Origin: Klebsormidium nitens
Lineage: Eukaryota > Plantae > Klebsormidiophyceae
DNA length: 64,000 nt
Direction: 5' to 3'
NCBI GenBank assembly: GCA_000708835.1
Contig: DF237151.1
Span: forward strand, 1 to 64,000
The notes beneath the pieces were generated by a model. That model ran no database searches. It saw only the letters and a program-made list of their open reading frames with translations, and had not been told where the DNA came from. A program made the translations under genes and the position numbers. Below are positions 38,301 through 51,151 of the stretch, one piece after another; within the stretch, counting starts at the first letter, position 1; every line of letters starts with the position of its first letter.

Positions 38301-41300
38301 ATAACCTGTTTAACCCAGTACTAGCGGGCGTGTTTGCGGGAAACGCGGTCGTAGTCAAGGTGAGGCTGGATCTCGAAAGATGATTCTTTGTTGGTTTGCA
38401 GACGTGTAAAGTTCGAACCGCTCGGAGTACTGGGGGCAATCGTGCCATGGAACTACCCGTTCCGTAACCTGTTCAATCCGGTACTAGCAGGCGTGTTTGC
38501 AGGAAACGCGGTCGTAGTCAAGGTGAGGTTCACTCTTCTCGGAACTGCTTACCCGTTAGATTGCAAACGCGTGGTATGAGCCGCTTGGCGTTTCGGGCGC
38601 CATTTTGCCTTGGAACAACCCGTTCCATAACCCTTTCACTTCGGGGCTGGCGAGTATGTTTGCGGGGATTGTGGCCGTTAAGGTGAGTTTGGTTTCGAAA
38701 GCTGCTCAGTCGCTGGTCCGAAGTTGGTTTCTCTTTGTAGCCTTGCATTGCTAAGGGTGATTAAGAGGACCACCCTTGCTGTCAGCTTTATCTTCTGTTC
38801 CAAGTTCGGCTCGTACGGGATCCACTTGCGACTGACTTGAAGCGGTTGCTTTGTCCTCGTCACCTGCTCTGTTCTGTTTTATGGGGCCCGTGCTGGATCA
38901 GGCCGGAGGATCGGGGTGTTCTGGACGCAGTGGCACTGCCCGTTACCAGCGAAAAGCGAGTTTAGGCTTTGTGGAGCTTGTTTATCTTCATGGGACTGGC
39001 TTCTCTAGGTCTCTTTTGGCGGTGAAAAAGACTTCTCGCAAGATATATTTGTAGGCTTTGCTCCAGTCGTCTGGTCACAAAATTTTCTTTGCGCATTTGC
39101 GCTGACACCGCTCTTACTATCAACACAACCATCGAGTGCCCAAATCCGTCCGGATATGTCCGACCTGTTTGCTTGTCCCCCGTTATAGCACCATCGCTCA
39201 GCCATAAGCCCCTGACATCATGTCAGGACATTATAAGTTTTCGTACTGAAGTTCTGTGTCCATCTTAGGTCTCCGAGCATACTAGCTGTTCCGCCGGTTT
39301 TCGTCAGTCTATATCATCTTTTAACGTAACATTAGTACATCATGGTAGGACGAATCGCTTGGTTTATGACAAAGTCGCATATTTTTTCCAGGTATCCGAG
39401 CACACTAGCTGGTCCGCCGGTTTCTACCAGTCCATCATCCACAAGGCCCTCGAGACCGTTGGCGCCCCGCACGACTTGGTGCACATTGTTACCGGCTACG
39501 GGGCGACCGGGCAAGCCCTTGTCGAGTCCGGTGTGAATAAGCTCACGTTCGTCGGGAGCACTGCCGTGGGGAAGAAGGTCATGGCGGCGGCCGCAGAAAC
39601 CTTGACACCGGTGGTTCTGGAACTAGGGGGAAAAGACCCGTTCGTAGTCTGCGACGACGCAGACCTGGAACAGGTGGTGTCAATTGCGCTGCGGGGGGCG
39701 TTCCAGGGGAGCGGGCAGAACTGCGCGGGGGCGGAAAGGTTTTACGTCCAGGAGGGTATTTACACCGAGTTTGTGGACAGGGTGGTGGGCAGTGTGAATA
39801 CGATGCGGGTGGGGCCGGCGCTCGAGCGGGGGCACAGTGACGTGGACATGGGGGCGGTGTGTATGCCGACACACGTGGATCACTTACAGGTGACCACTGC
39901 CTCTTCTTACATTTGTTTTGCTTAGGGCTCCTTTCTCAGTGTAGCGTGGGTGATCCTTCTTCGTGGGGTTTGAGTGGGCACTTGACGCTTGTTCAGAGAA
40001 TTTTTGGAAATACGCGACACGGCGAAATAATCATCAATCTTTAGATCTTGCGCACAGAATTTCGATACAAAGTCTAATGTGTGCAATGCGGTTTCCAAAA
40101 GGCAACTGAAGGGTGCCCTTCGAGGCTCTGAAGGCTGGCCCAATTTATGTTCGATTGGATTTGACAAATGGAAGTCTCTTCTTTTGTCAACTTGTCCCAG
40201 TACTCTGTCTGTTCACATGGGAAACGATTGCTTTTCTCGTCGCTGTTGGACTTGGCTCACTCCACACCTTTCTTTATACGCAACAGATTCCACTGGCAAG
40301 GATCCGAGGTTCTCGATTGTCAGGGCTTTCGGTATTAAAAGGTTCGAAGCTTTTGCGATTTGTTGCCGAAGGAGCATCAAACAACGATACTAACCTGTGA
40401 ATGGGCGTCAGCTTGGGCCTAACAGGCGTCTAAACCTTTCTATGGGAATTCGCCACTTGAAGGAATCGTCCGTGCGCTTCTCCACCGAGTTGACAGCAGA
40501 CTAAGGGCACTTCCTTGCTATATTGGCATTAGACGGAGCTGACGCACTGTTCCTCACATTCGTTACGAGGCCGCACAAAATGCTCGTGACGTGAAGCAAG
40601 GTGCTAACGTAGTCTCGGATGTCTGCAGAGCCTTGTAGACGAAGCGGTCGCGGCAGGAGCGAAAGTGCTTGCGGGGGGCACGCCGTTGCCTGAGATAGGG
40701 GGGCACTTCTACCCCCCCACTGTGCTGGTGAATGTCAATCATGGGATGCGGATAATGCAGGACGAGGTGAGGGAATTGACACCGTTCTGCACGAGACATG
40801 CGGGGCTGGCTTAAGCGTCTCTGAAATTGTCAAAAAGTAGATAAAGTTTGTTGCCTGGTCTTATCAGATTGCATATCGCTCAGCCATACAGGATCAAGCG
40901 GACCTGTGCGTAATTGCCAACTATTCCCGTTGTTCTTCCTTGACGCTCGTTGGCAGGTTTTGGTGTTGAGCCAAAAAATGTCGTTCGCTTCCAATTTGTC
41001 GGCTGGTCTCGAGGTCTCTACAATTTCCTCACGGTCGCACTTGAGTAGAATGCGGCCAACCTACTCAAGGGCTCTATTAACAGATGGAGAGCAGGTTTGT
41101 TGTTTGTCTCATTAATTGACTTCTCCCCCAGGTTTTCGGACCGATCATGTGCATCATGCGATTCGACACGGACGATAAAGCGGTCGAGCTCGCAAACGAC
41201 TGCCGATTCGGACTGGGGAGTAGCGTGTTCTCGGGGAGCAAACGACGGGCGCGCGCGATCGCGAGCCGGATACGGGCCGGCATGGTTTCCATTAACGATT

Positions 41301-42984
41301 TCAACGCGACGTATATGTGTCAGGTAGGTCTTCTGTACCTTGATTGATAACAGCGTGTGACGTTTCTTGAATTTGAATGAGACTTTTATGCAGGGTTTGG
41401 CGGGTGGGCGTTTCTGTCTGCGCATCCATGATATTCAACGTGCGTCAGGGATGCGCCAGATGGTTTCGGAAACGTGAACAAAGCAACGGAAACCGTAGTT
41501 TTGGCTAAGCGAAGGAGAACATCTTCTTTGCTGGTCACGAAGCGTCCACCAGCCGTTGATGCCTCTTCCTTTTTCTCTCGTGATCTCATTGCTGCTTCGA
41601 ATCTGTCACACTCAGAACAACTCCGGGCTTCAATCTGAATTTGTTTGACGTCGCTTTACGCGGCAATCGGTCGATCACGACGATTTGGTGATATTTATGT
41701 GCATATCCTCGCCGTGACCATCGAAAGCACAAAAGCACAAGGTCTTGCAATTAGGACCCTGTGCTCGTGGTTCTTAGAGTTCCCTGCTCAAAGCCGCAGC
41801 TTCAGGAGGAATTCCTGCGCTCCGTGCATTTGCAATTCTCATTCCGACGTCACCTTGTTTCAGCGGTTGCTCACCGGCCATCTTAAACTTCGACGGAAGA
41901 AACTCACGCCTTGCGGTGTTACGACATTCCCGTAACTTTACTCTTGTGAAGACGGTGCGAGCTGACGGGATCACAATTCGTCCGCAGTCTCTGCCGTTCG
42001 GGGGCGTCGGTGACAGCGGCTTTGACCGCTTTGCGGGCGTCGAAGGGTTGCGCGGGTGCTGCTCCGTCAAGTCGATTGCGGAAGACAGGTTCTCGTTCGT
42101 CAAAACGTACATTCCAAAGCCGATCCAGGTGAGCGGGTTAAGATCTCAAGCGTTTCACGTCCCCCTTTTAGGCTGGAAAGAGAGGTTTCGGTTGTTTTTG
42201 TTGTTCTCGGAAGATGGATTTCCATTCATGTAAACGGTCATCCCGAAGCCGAACCGGATGTGACGGACTAAGATCTAAACCCTGTAACCGTCCCGGCAAC
42301 AGAGTTTCCCATCATTTTCAGCTTTTGTAAAGAGATGGGTGCTTTGGGAACGCCGGCTCTCGGTTGTCAGACCTTACATCCCGAAGCCGCCTCAAGTATT
42401 GGTTAAGGTCTCAACACCGGTAACCGTTCTTGCAGGCGTAGTTCCTTTCACTTTGACGTTCTCGCAAGAAACTTTTACGACTTTGAGACCGCATACCCCA
42501 AAGCTGACTCAGTAAGGGATTGTGTTCAGCGCCTTTTGCTGTTTCGACCTTTGGCAATCTGCTGAGAGGAACAACTGAGTGTATTCAATGTTCGAACGAA
42601 CACTCGATCGTCAGCAGCAAATGCCTCATGGTCGGACTTCATATAGTCGTAAAAGGTCTGTCAGACGTTCGGTTAGTGTCTGGAACGGACGAGCCGCATC
42701 GTCAAGGGTTTGCTTCCATTGTAGAACGAACGTGGCCATGACGTCGTCGTCATATCTCTTGAACTTGCGTACTTGGATGATACATCCCAAAAGACATCTT
42801 CTTTTTGCAGTACCCCGTATCAAGCTCGGGGTTCCAATTCCTGCAAGCCTTAGTGGGGCTCTTCTACGGGGCGGGCTTGCGGCGGAAGGTCAGCGCGGGC
42901 TGGGCTTTGGTGCAATGCATGCTGCCGCCGCCGAAAGCCGTAGAAACGCAGGCGAAAACGAAGGGGTCGAAAAAGGCGAAGTAG
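35380..42984 (+). CDS. ALDH22A1: Aldehyde dehydrogenase family 22, N-terminal membrane anchor, 10 exons
   Basis: Exons 35380-35551, 36263-36309, 36652-36750, 37157-37284, 38083-38359, 39392-39889, 40629-40766, 41132-41323, 41988-42128, 42811-42984. Motifs: [69 protein letters not shown]. An alternative start at 35410 is possible. Confidence 0.92.
37735..38690 (+). repeat. Echo copies on both sides of ALDH22 exon 5
   Basis: Upstream acceptor-plus-start copies at about 37740-37810 (old) and 37910-38015. Downstream exon-end-plus-donor copies at 38402-38528 (near intact) and about 38578-38690 (older, donor GTGAGT retained). Confidence 0.85.
39255..39320 (+). repeat. Echo of the ALDH22 exon-6 acceptor plus start
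   Basis: cttag|gtctccgagcatactagctgttccgccggtttt versus functional ccag|gtatccgagcacactagctggtccgccggtttc at 39392. Confidence 0.8.
42225..42515 (+). repeat. Three decaying echoes of the ALDH22 exon-9 3' end
   Basis: The functional aaaacgtacattccaaagccgatccag|gtgag is echoed as catcccgaagccgaaccggatgtg (about 42240), tacatcccgaagccgcctcaagta (about 42377) and cataccccaaagctgactcagtaag (about 42493). Confidence 0.65.
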
Positions 42985-44892
42985 CGGAAACCGCTACCGA
43001 GAGGGGCCGAATCGGTGCAAGGGAAACTGGGAAGCGTACGGAAAACGTGTAGTGTCCAAACATTCTTTGCTGCAAACGCTTGAACAAGGTAGATGTGGAA
43101 GCTTGCAAGGCAGCTGGCAGCAGCCCGGCCGTGGGAAAGCAAATTTTTCCGTGCGGTCAGTCATGTAGTCAATAAGGACGAAGGCCAAAGTAAGGTCACG
43201 CAAGCCTGAGTGTATGGCTATTCATGCCCCATTTATTCGATCGGCGGTGATTTGTGCTCAGTGCTACAACTCCGACTTCGTAAGAAACACAGGTCCTCAG
43301 ATGACTTGCAAGTGACAAGAATCAGTGTCTTTGCCATCGTGCGAGGGACTCAACAGCGTCCTGGCAATTGACGGTCGGATCTTCGTGCAGTACAATGCTG
43401 GCCGCTAATTGCAATGGGTGAGATAGAACGTGGGCGGCAGCTCTCAACTCGGATTAACATTTGCAGTGGACGCAGTGACCAGATCTGTGCATCTGGCATG
43501 TCTTTGTTGGATGCATATGCGCGGTATATACTTAGCGTACCGTCATTTTGTAGTGACAGCGGGGTAGGTATTTTACAGGCCCCTTTCTCTGGAGGCCTCA
43601 AGGGCCCCCCCGTCCTCCCGCCTAGCGACTCGGAGATTGCCCCGAGCTTATGGCCTCAGAAGTTACAAACTGGGTCAGAAAGAGGGGCATTTTGCCTGGT
43701 AATTTGCAGAAAAACTGGCCGGGGCTGCGCCCCGGCGAAAGCTCTCATGCCCCCCCCCCTCCCCCACCTTGGCTTAGGACAACAGGTCCCATGGCCCCCC
43801 GGGCCCCCCCCCATCAGAATCCTCCTACCCCGCTGCCACTTCAAAGTGACGGTACCCTTATGGGCCAACTTATACATCATATGCTGGCATGCCAAGCCTG
43901 GTCGGCCCCCCCGGGCCCCACATAAAACCGTCCCATTTTGATCGATCTGACATGAATGTAGCATACTCGGAAATGTACGTATTTGAACAGCGATCGGATG
44001 AGATTTTGTTTCAACATATCAATTAACATAATTCTAGTGGAGCTCGCGGTTACGTATACCATGATGCAACGGTACATAATAAGCTTCATGGCCTTTGAAG
44101 GTACGACGGTCAATTGCGCCATATACAAAATGCCGTATACAAATTATGTGCACTGCGAATTGTCCGCGCATTGAATTCCATGCTATATAGGCGTTGGATA
44201 CGTATACGTTGCCGCGACGGCCACATTCAGAAAAGCTTCCATGCAAGATTTTTCGACATGTGACAAACTGAGCTTGACGTACGTTAGCTGGGGCCGCGAT
44301 TCCAAAACGCATGCGACCATGCCTTTTGTAGTAGGGTAATTAGCGTAATTTGAGTGCATGTGGGGGCTGTTTCGACGCAATGAATCTGACAAACAATATC
44401 AACGTTACCATTTATGTACACTTGACACTAAAATAGGCGGGTCCAACTCCAGCAGATGATCCAGTTGGGTTGCTCGTTCCTGCTTCGTCGACGGGTCTAG
44501 TAGATTCTAGAGGCTACCCACACAACTAACTTCCAACTCTTTTGTGTTGGGCACAGCATGCCGCTGTTCAATAAGTGCGGTTCAGTCGACCCTTCTTGAT
44601 TACCCAACGACAAACACCGTTTGAACTGATCCTTCGTAAGATACTGAGATGCTTGTCGAGCCAGCAATTTGGTAGCGTGTATCTGTGAGGGTTACCCCCC
44701 CGACTGAATGTAGTCCATCTAAGCCTAGCTGGTGACTTTCAATAACGTGCGTTCGGGCTAGCCTTAACCTCCGTAAGCGCCCCGTCAAACCCCCCCGCGT
44801 GACAAGGAAGCTTTCCTCGCCACCTCCCCCGAGCACTCACTCCTTTCCCGAGTGACGTCACGCTGATGTCACCCAGAAACCCCGCGGCCCCC

Positions 44893-47800
44893 TCACGCCG
44901 CGACCGCCTTCCGTGTCGCCCCGAAGTGCGTCATCAACAATTCTTCGACGACCGGGACGAGCTGGCTCACGGGCACCCCCTTCTTGACGCACTCCCCCAG
45001 GTGCGAATCGGAGCCAATGCGGCCCCCCAAAAAGATGTCGACGCCCTCGCACGGCTTCTTGTTCTCGTCGCGCGCGGCCGCGCCCATGAACCCGATGTCC
45101 GCCACTTGGACCTGGACAAAAAGGGAGTCGGTTTCAATGCTCTGATTTTATTGGCGGAAGAAAAAGAGGAACAGAAGAGTTCTCTGTTTTATTGCGCGCG
45201 CCTATGAGCCCAATGTCCGCCACTCAGGACCTGGTTAGGAAAAACAAATGATTCATCAATCTTCTTGACTGTAAAGAAGCGTGTCTGCACCCAATTTGAA
45301 CACCCCATGATTCACAAAGCACTCGCTTAAAAAACACGAAGGAATAGAAAGTTTTGATACAAAAAAACGAGGTTCATGATATGTGTGTCAAAAGACCTTA
45401 ATCACAGGCGCAGTCCCTCGTGAACGTAAGCAAAGAGGGAACGAACGGGAAAGAGGACCAACTCGGCGAGAAGCGCGAGTGTCCGCCGGTGACTGTTCGG
45501 GACCCAAGTGCGATGCAGAAACTTTTCAATGCACTTTCTCAGAGAAATAAGCGAACCAGGAATCTGTTGAGGAAGGGCCCTAAGATCAACGAGTTCGCCG
45601 CTAATCGGAGGTGTTCAAATACCCAATTAACTTCCACAGGCGCTTCCTCGTGATTGAAAGTGAACCGGAAAACGCACCTGTCCGCAGGTGTTCGGACAGC
45701 CAGTCCAGTGCATCCGGACGGGCGTGGGGACGTCCAAGCTCGCCTCCAGCTGCGCCGTGATGTCGAGCGCCCGATTTTTGGTCTCAATAAGAGCCACGCC
45801 GCAGAACTGGCTGCCCGTGCAGGAGACCTGGGGGAAGAACAAAACACGTGACGTCAGCAAAGAGTGGAGGCACGTCAGGGCACGGAGTCGAAAAGCCAAA
45901 CTGGCTGCCCGTGCACGAGATCAAAGGCAAGGAGGGGAAAAGTCACGTCAGCAGTGGACGACAATCGGGCCCCATTTCCAGTCGTAACAGGAGCTGAAAC
46001 TGTTACCCAATTGCCCCGACCAACTGGGCAAATCGGATGTTAGGTGAGTGTTCTTGATGTAAAGAAGATAGCCGTCTGCTCAAAAGGCGGAAGTAGAATC
46101 AGAAGAACACCGTCATCCCTATCAAGCGGTTGGTTTACCCTGGTCTTTATCCACCAGGATAGTGCTTCCTCAAACGGCGCGAAGCAGGACCAGACGAAGC
46201 GCACTCAATCATGATTTGAAGAAACCACTATGGTTACTCACCAGGTTAGCGCTGAGGTTGCTCGGGAACGGCGTGAACTTCTTGAACAGCGGGTCCGCCA
46301 AAAAGGCTTCGACTTTGTCGTCCGGAACGTTCGGGATGATGAAGTTCTGTTCGACCGTCATGCGGAGCTCGCCGCTGCCGTACTCTTCCGCAACGCGCGC
46401 AAACTCGAACATGTCGTCGGCCTGAGGGAGGAGGTTAACCGAGGGTTAGAAAGATAACCCAGTAATTTATCTGGACCATAACGTTCTGTTCGACCGTCAT
46501 GCGCAGCTCGCCGCTGCCGAACTCTTCCGCAACGTGCGCAAACTCAAACATGTCGTCGGCCTGTGGAAGGAGGTTAACGGAGGGTTAGCACATGATATGG
46601 AGGATAAGAGCTAGTAATTCGCATAGACGAGATTGTAGCCGACCGATCATGCGCATTTCGCCGCTGCTGTACTCTTTCGCGAATTAGAACGTGTCGTCAG
46701 CGTGGAAAGATGTTGATGGGGCCTTAGCCGGAAGTCAAAGAGTTAGAAGAGCGCCTTCGCTTCCTTAAATCCAATAGGTTTTGCTCGACCGTCGTGCGCA
46801 GCCATACTCTACCGCGATGCATGCAAAATCAAACATGGTCGTCGGCCTGTGAAAAGTATCGGCATACTTGGCACAGGGTTTTGGCCGGCCCGATGCACTT
46901 TGTGAGTGGAGTTTTGAGAGACCGACAAGAGCTGATTGGAGGGAAGATGTCTGTACTCTTCGGTGCTATCATTCGCTGCTATCATTTGCCTTCAATGTCT
47001 CCAGTACGAAAGAGATCAACATCTTACGGGTACTCGAGAAGTTGGGCATGAATCTGCAGTTCAAAGGACTGTGACTAGTGGGCGCTGCTTCAGCGTTGAA
47101 TTTGCGAACACGTAGCACTCTTTCCAATTTCAGTATCGACCGCCCTTCGATTCCGTGGATTGTAAAATTTGTAAACTTATCCCCAAGCTTGCGCCTTTCC
47201 ACATCTGCAACCCTGGAATGTCTTCACGCTGTGATACAAGCGCCCCAAACCCGTCAACACACCGACCCAGACTCATCTAACCCCGCCTTTAACTGCACCG
47301 AATCCCCACAAACCCTGCCCTCAACCTCACCTGCAACCGGCCGACCGGCACCAACACACCCACGAAAATCAAACCGCCTGCTTTTGGTCGATACAAGCCT
47401 CTCATGACCAAAACCCCACTTTAACCTTCCTTTGACCAGCCACAAACCCGACCTTAACCTCACCTGCAACCGGCCAACCGGCACCAACACGCCCACGAAG
47501 TTCAGCCCCGCCTGCTTCTGCTTGTTCACACCGAAATAACTCCGCCGTTTCCACGTGGGGTCCACCATGTCCGTTCCGGCCCTTGGAATGGTTCCGGTGG
47601 GCATCCGTTTGGCGACCTCTTCCCGGAACGCCTCGAGACCGATCTCGTCGATGAGCCACATCATACGCGCCTTCTGGCGGTTGGCGCGGGAGCCCAGGTC
47701 GCGGAAAGCTTCCAGAACGGCCTTGCAGAGCGGCACGACGTCATCTGCGGAAACAAAGGACACCAATCAGGATTTCAGAAAAGGCTTGCCAGGTAGACCT

Positions 47801-50800
47801 CGATTTAGCAAGGGTATGACGTTTTCAGTTCGATGTTTTTGTTTGATAATTTAGCAAGCGTTCAGCACTTCAGGTCTCTGTTTAAATCGCACGGAGTGAA
47901 ACGATTGGATGGGGCAGTGGGTTGGGAATCCCAGAGAGCAACTCTTGGGCAATGAGAACCGTGGCGTTGAATCGAGCGACAAATACACTCTACGAAAGAA
48001 GCAGGCCAAGCGCAGACGGCGACTAGTCCGTACAACGAAGCAGGAAGCCCGAGTCAAACGCCGTCAATAACCCAATCACTGTTTTCCAAAGCCGCTGAGT
48101 ATTGGCAGATATCCCCCCCCCCCCGGAAAGAATTCAAGCCCACCCACCTGACGGGACCCACGCATCCATGGGGATCGCCTCGGCGCAGCGCTTCTGGGAG
48201 AAGAACCCCCCCACTAGGATGTTGAAACCCAAAACTCCGTCCTTTGTCGCGGGCATGTAAGCGAGATCGTTGATATGCGGGTGCTCGTACAAATCGTGCG
48301 TCCCAACCACTGCCACGTTCCACTTGCGGGGCAGGTTCGTGATGTCGAGATTGCCCTTCTTGTTGTTATTGATGTAGTCGTTGAGGGCAATGTTGTAAGG
48401 AATTGTGTCGAGAATCTGCACGAATGATGAGATTCTTTAAAAAACGGTTTTGTGAAGGTTACCTGGACAATCTGCGTCGGTTTTCACTATCAACGAAAGA
48501 GAGCCATAGGTTTGATCTAGTCGTATAGCCGTTGACAGATTTGCTCGGTTTTGAGATAAGGTGCTATATCCTTAAAACGGATCTAGAATACCAGGCGCGC
48601 TTCATCTGCTTTCCTTCACATATAGTCTTGCAGGTATAATCGTGCTCAACTGGACGGTACAACCGCTTAGCGACTCCTGTTCATCAGAAGCCGAACGCCA
48701 AAGCCGTTTCCACTTGGCAGAGCCAGCATCAAGACTTCTTTTACAAAACACCCAGGTAACCTGAAAGTCGGACAAGTGTCAGAATGCTTTTTCAAGTCCA
48801 CTTGAAAAGGGGGAAGAAGAAAGTCCAACTCAAACTCACCTCCTCAGGATCGATGCCTGCAAGGGGGCTCCCCACCCCATTGCGCACGTTGTCCATCCCC
48901 GACTGAATCGCGGACAACCCGTGCTCCTCAAAACCCTTCATGATTTCCGGAACGTCCTCCAGCAGGATTCCACGCAGCTGGTAGTTCTGACGCGTGGTGA
49001 TGTCAGCGCAGCCGTCAGCACCGTACTTTGCGATCACGCTGGCGAGGTATGCGGTCTGCTTGGCCGTGACGATGCCGTTGGGGATCTTGAGCCGCATCAT
49101 GAAGCGCCCGGCTGTAGAGGAGGGTTAAGAATTGGGTTAAGTAGCTGATGTGGGTAACGTAACAAGGTTGGGTATATAGTGCATTGATCGAGCAGGGTTT
49201 TTGCGACAGGTATGCTTGCAGGCTGCGGAGGCTGAGGGAGACTTTGAGGCACGTCATGGATAATCAGCAGCGAGGAGGTTTGGAGCAAGTCCATTATTGA
49301 CGACCTGTTTTCGGGGGCTTGTTGGTGGAACCTGGTAGTAAAGTAAACTCAGCTATCCGTGTCACGTCTCCTATCTCTCTTGGGTGGCCTTTGAAATTGA
49401 ATCCCTAGGTCCGTTTTCAATTGAAGAACATATGCGCAGCCTTCAAACATGGTGGCAAATCCAGTCAGTACTGCTGCTTGCACCAGTAGTGAGTTCCTCT
49501 CCCCCTCGACTTCGTATACCTTCTAACATGACCCTGGCCATGATTGTGCACCGGCATGCACCCACAACCTCGTTTCTAACAAACCGCCCTCCTTCTGTGT
49601 TACAATCGAAGGTACACTTGTGCACCTGAGAATGGAGCGAGAAGTTATCTGCCGATCCAGACCGCATCCTCAAATATGGCTTCAGCGACCAAGCTGGCCC
49701 GGTGGGCACTGATTAATTGCCTGACGGGGGCCCATTCCCCCAACGCCCTTTGAGAAAAGTAGTGCAAATCCACTCACGTGTGCGCTTGCGCCTGTGGAAG
49801 AGCCCCATCCACTTGAGCCGGACGTCAATGTCGTCCTTGCCTTCTTTCGTTTTGTCCACCTCCGCAAAGCCCTGCTCTGCCAAGTCCTTGATCCGCATCT
49901 CCGTAAACAGTTTCATGGGCTCAGCCCCTAGCTTGATCTGCGAGCCAGTGTAAAGAGGTGCGAGTAAGTAAACATGGGGTGGGAATAATGGCACTTTTAG
50001 TTGGGGACTTCAACCGTTCACGTTGATTGTCAAACCCGCAAAGCCTTGCTCCGCGAGGTCCTTGATTCTCGTCTTTGACAGCGGATTCAGCCGGCTAGAT
50101 CTGCTAACATGAAGTAAGTGCAAGGTGAGAGTATTGACAGTCTGGATTTGGACATTCGGAAAATCAACATTCACTAGATAGCCATTGCACCCCTGTCGAT
50201 GGTCAGCCCAAAGTTTGCTTCGTCCAAGCGGTTCTCAGAAGAAATCGAAAACCCAGATCTGCCACAGACATGCAACTTGGTGCTAAACTTGCCCTCTACG
50301 CGTACTCGCAGCTTCCGCATACCTTGTAACGGCTCACCCAACAACTGCCTACACTCAGATCTCCTTTCCAAATTATCGTCCCTTATGCAGCGGCAACAAA
50401 AGCTCGATCCAATACCTGTCCCCGAGCACCAAGGAGGCCAATCAACCAAATACATTTTTACGTGACCACATCAAGCTGATGAAACTTCACTTTACCCAGA
50501 TCACTTCTATCTGAAACAGAGTGAATTTGTGCGGAAGCAACGCCTATCTATTCGCACATCATCATACAATTGCAAAAGTCTGCATGTAAAACCAGGACAA
50601 TACCACCCACTCCTTCTGATGTCTATATCGCTACATCACACTGATCGTGCTGAGACCTCACCCACAAGCTTAATCCACAGCTATTCCAGCTCAATCTGTC
50701 CACCGCAACTTCCAAGACGCAAGCTGAGCTTATGCGCATCCCCAGAAGATCAATCCACAGCAAACATCGTCACACGCACCTTTTCAGCTGGGTTTAGACT

Positions 50801-51151
50801 GGCTTGGAACTCCTTCTTCAGCTCCCAAAACCCCTCCTCATTCTTGGCCACCCGAGGCACCAACCGTTCCGCATCGACCTGTGGGGGGGCACTTTCCCCC
50901 TGCATCGGCGGGGGGGGCGCCGTAGCGACCGCCTTTGCGGCCACATCCCTGGGTTTCTTCTCGGGCACCTTTTCAGTGGCGGAGATCACCGAGGCCCTGT
51001 TTTGGGGGGGTGCGGCGCACGGGGCAGCCTTCTTTGGCAGCGGCATTGCACGAAGGCCGGCGAATTGGGGCCCCAGTGCAGCATGTGGGTTAGCGGCAAA
51101 CCCGGCTGGGGTTTGGGAGACGCCCGTGCGGGTTAATGTGGCAGCCTTCAT
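44893..51151 (-). CDS. NII1: Ferredoxin-nitrite reductase, plastid-targeted, 8 exons
   Basis: Exons (minus) 51151-50780, 49937-49778, 49111-48840, 48415-48148, 47744-47464, 46421-46242, 45827-45678, 45111-44893, phase-consistent. Motifs: RLKWMGLFH, FMMRLKIPNG, ADITTRQNYQLRG, NLPRKWN, and the siroheme/4Fe-4S ligands CTGSQFC and TGCPNTCGQ. Ala/Pro-rich transit peptide. Confidence 0.95.
46480..46860 (-). repeat. Three echoes of the NiR exon-6 acceptor plus start
   Basis: Copies at about 46480-46565 (near intact, acceptor retained), 46640-46705 and 46785-46850 of cag|GCCGACGACATGTTCGAGTTTGCGCGC. Further NiR echoes lie at about 45195-45240, 45890-45960, 47325-47395 and 50035-50105. Confidence 0.85.

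Noticed and set aside
49120-49190. Telomere-like ttaaccc/gggttaa motifs (also near 46435 and 62180)
   Set aside because: Scattered, not a tandem array; they sit at branch-point positions upstream of minus-strand acceptors.
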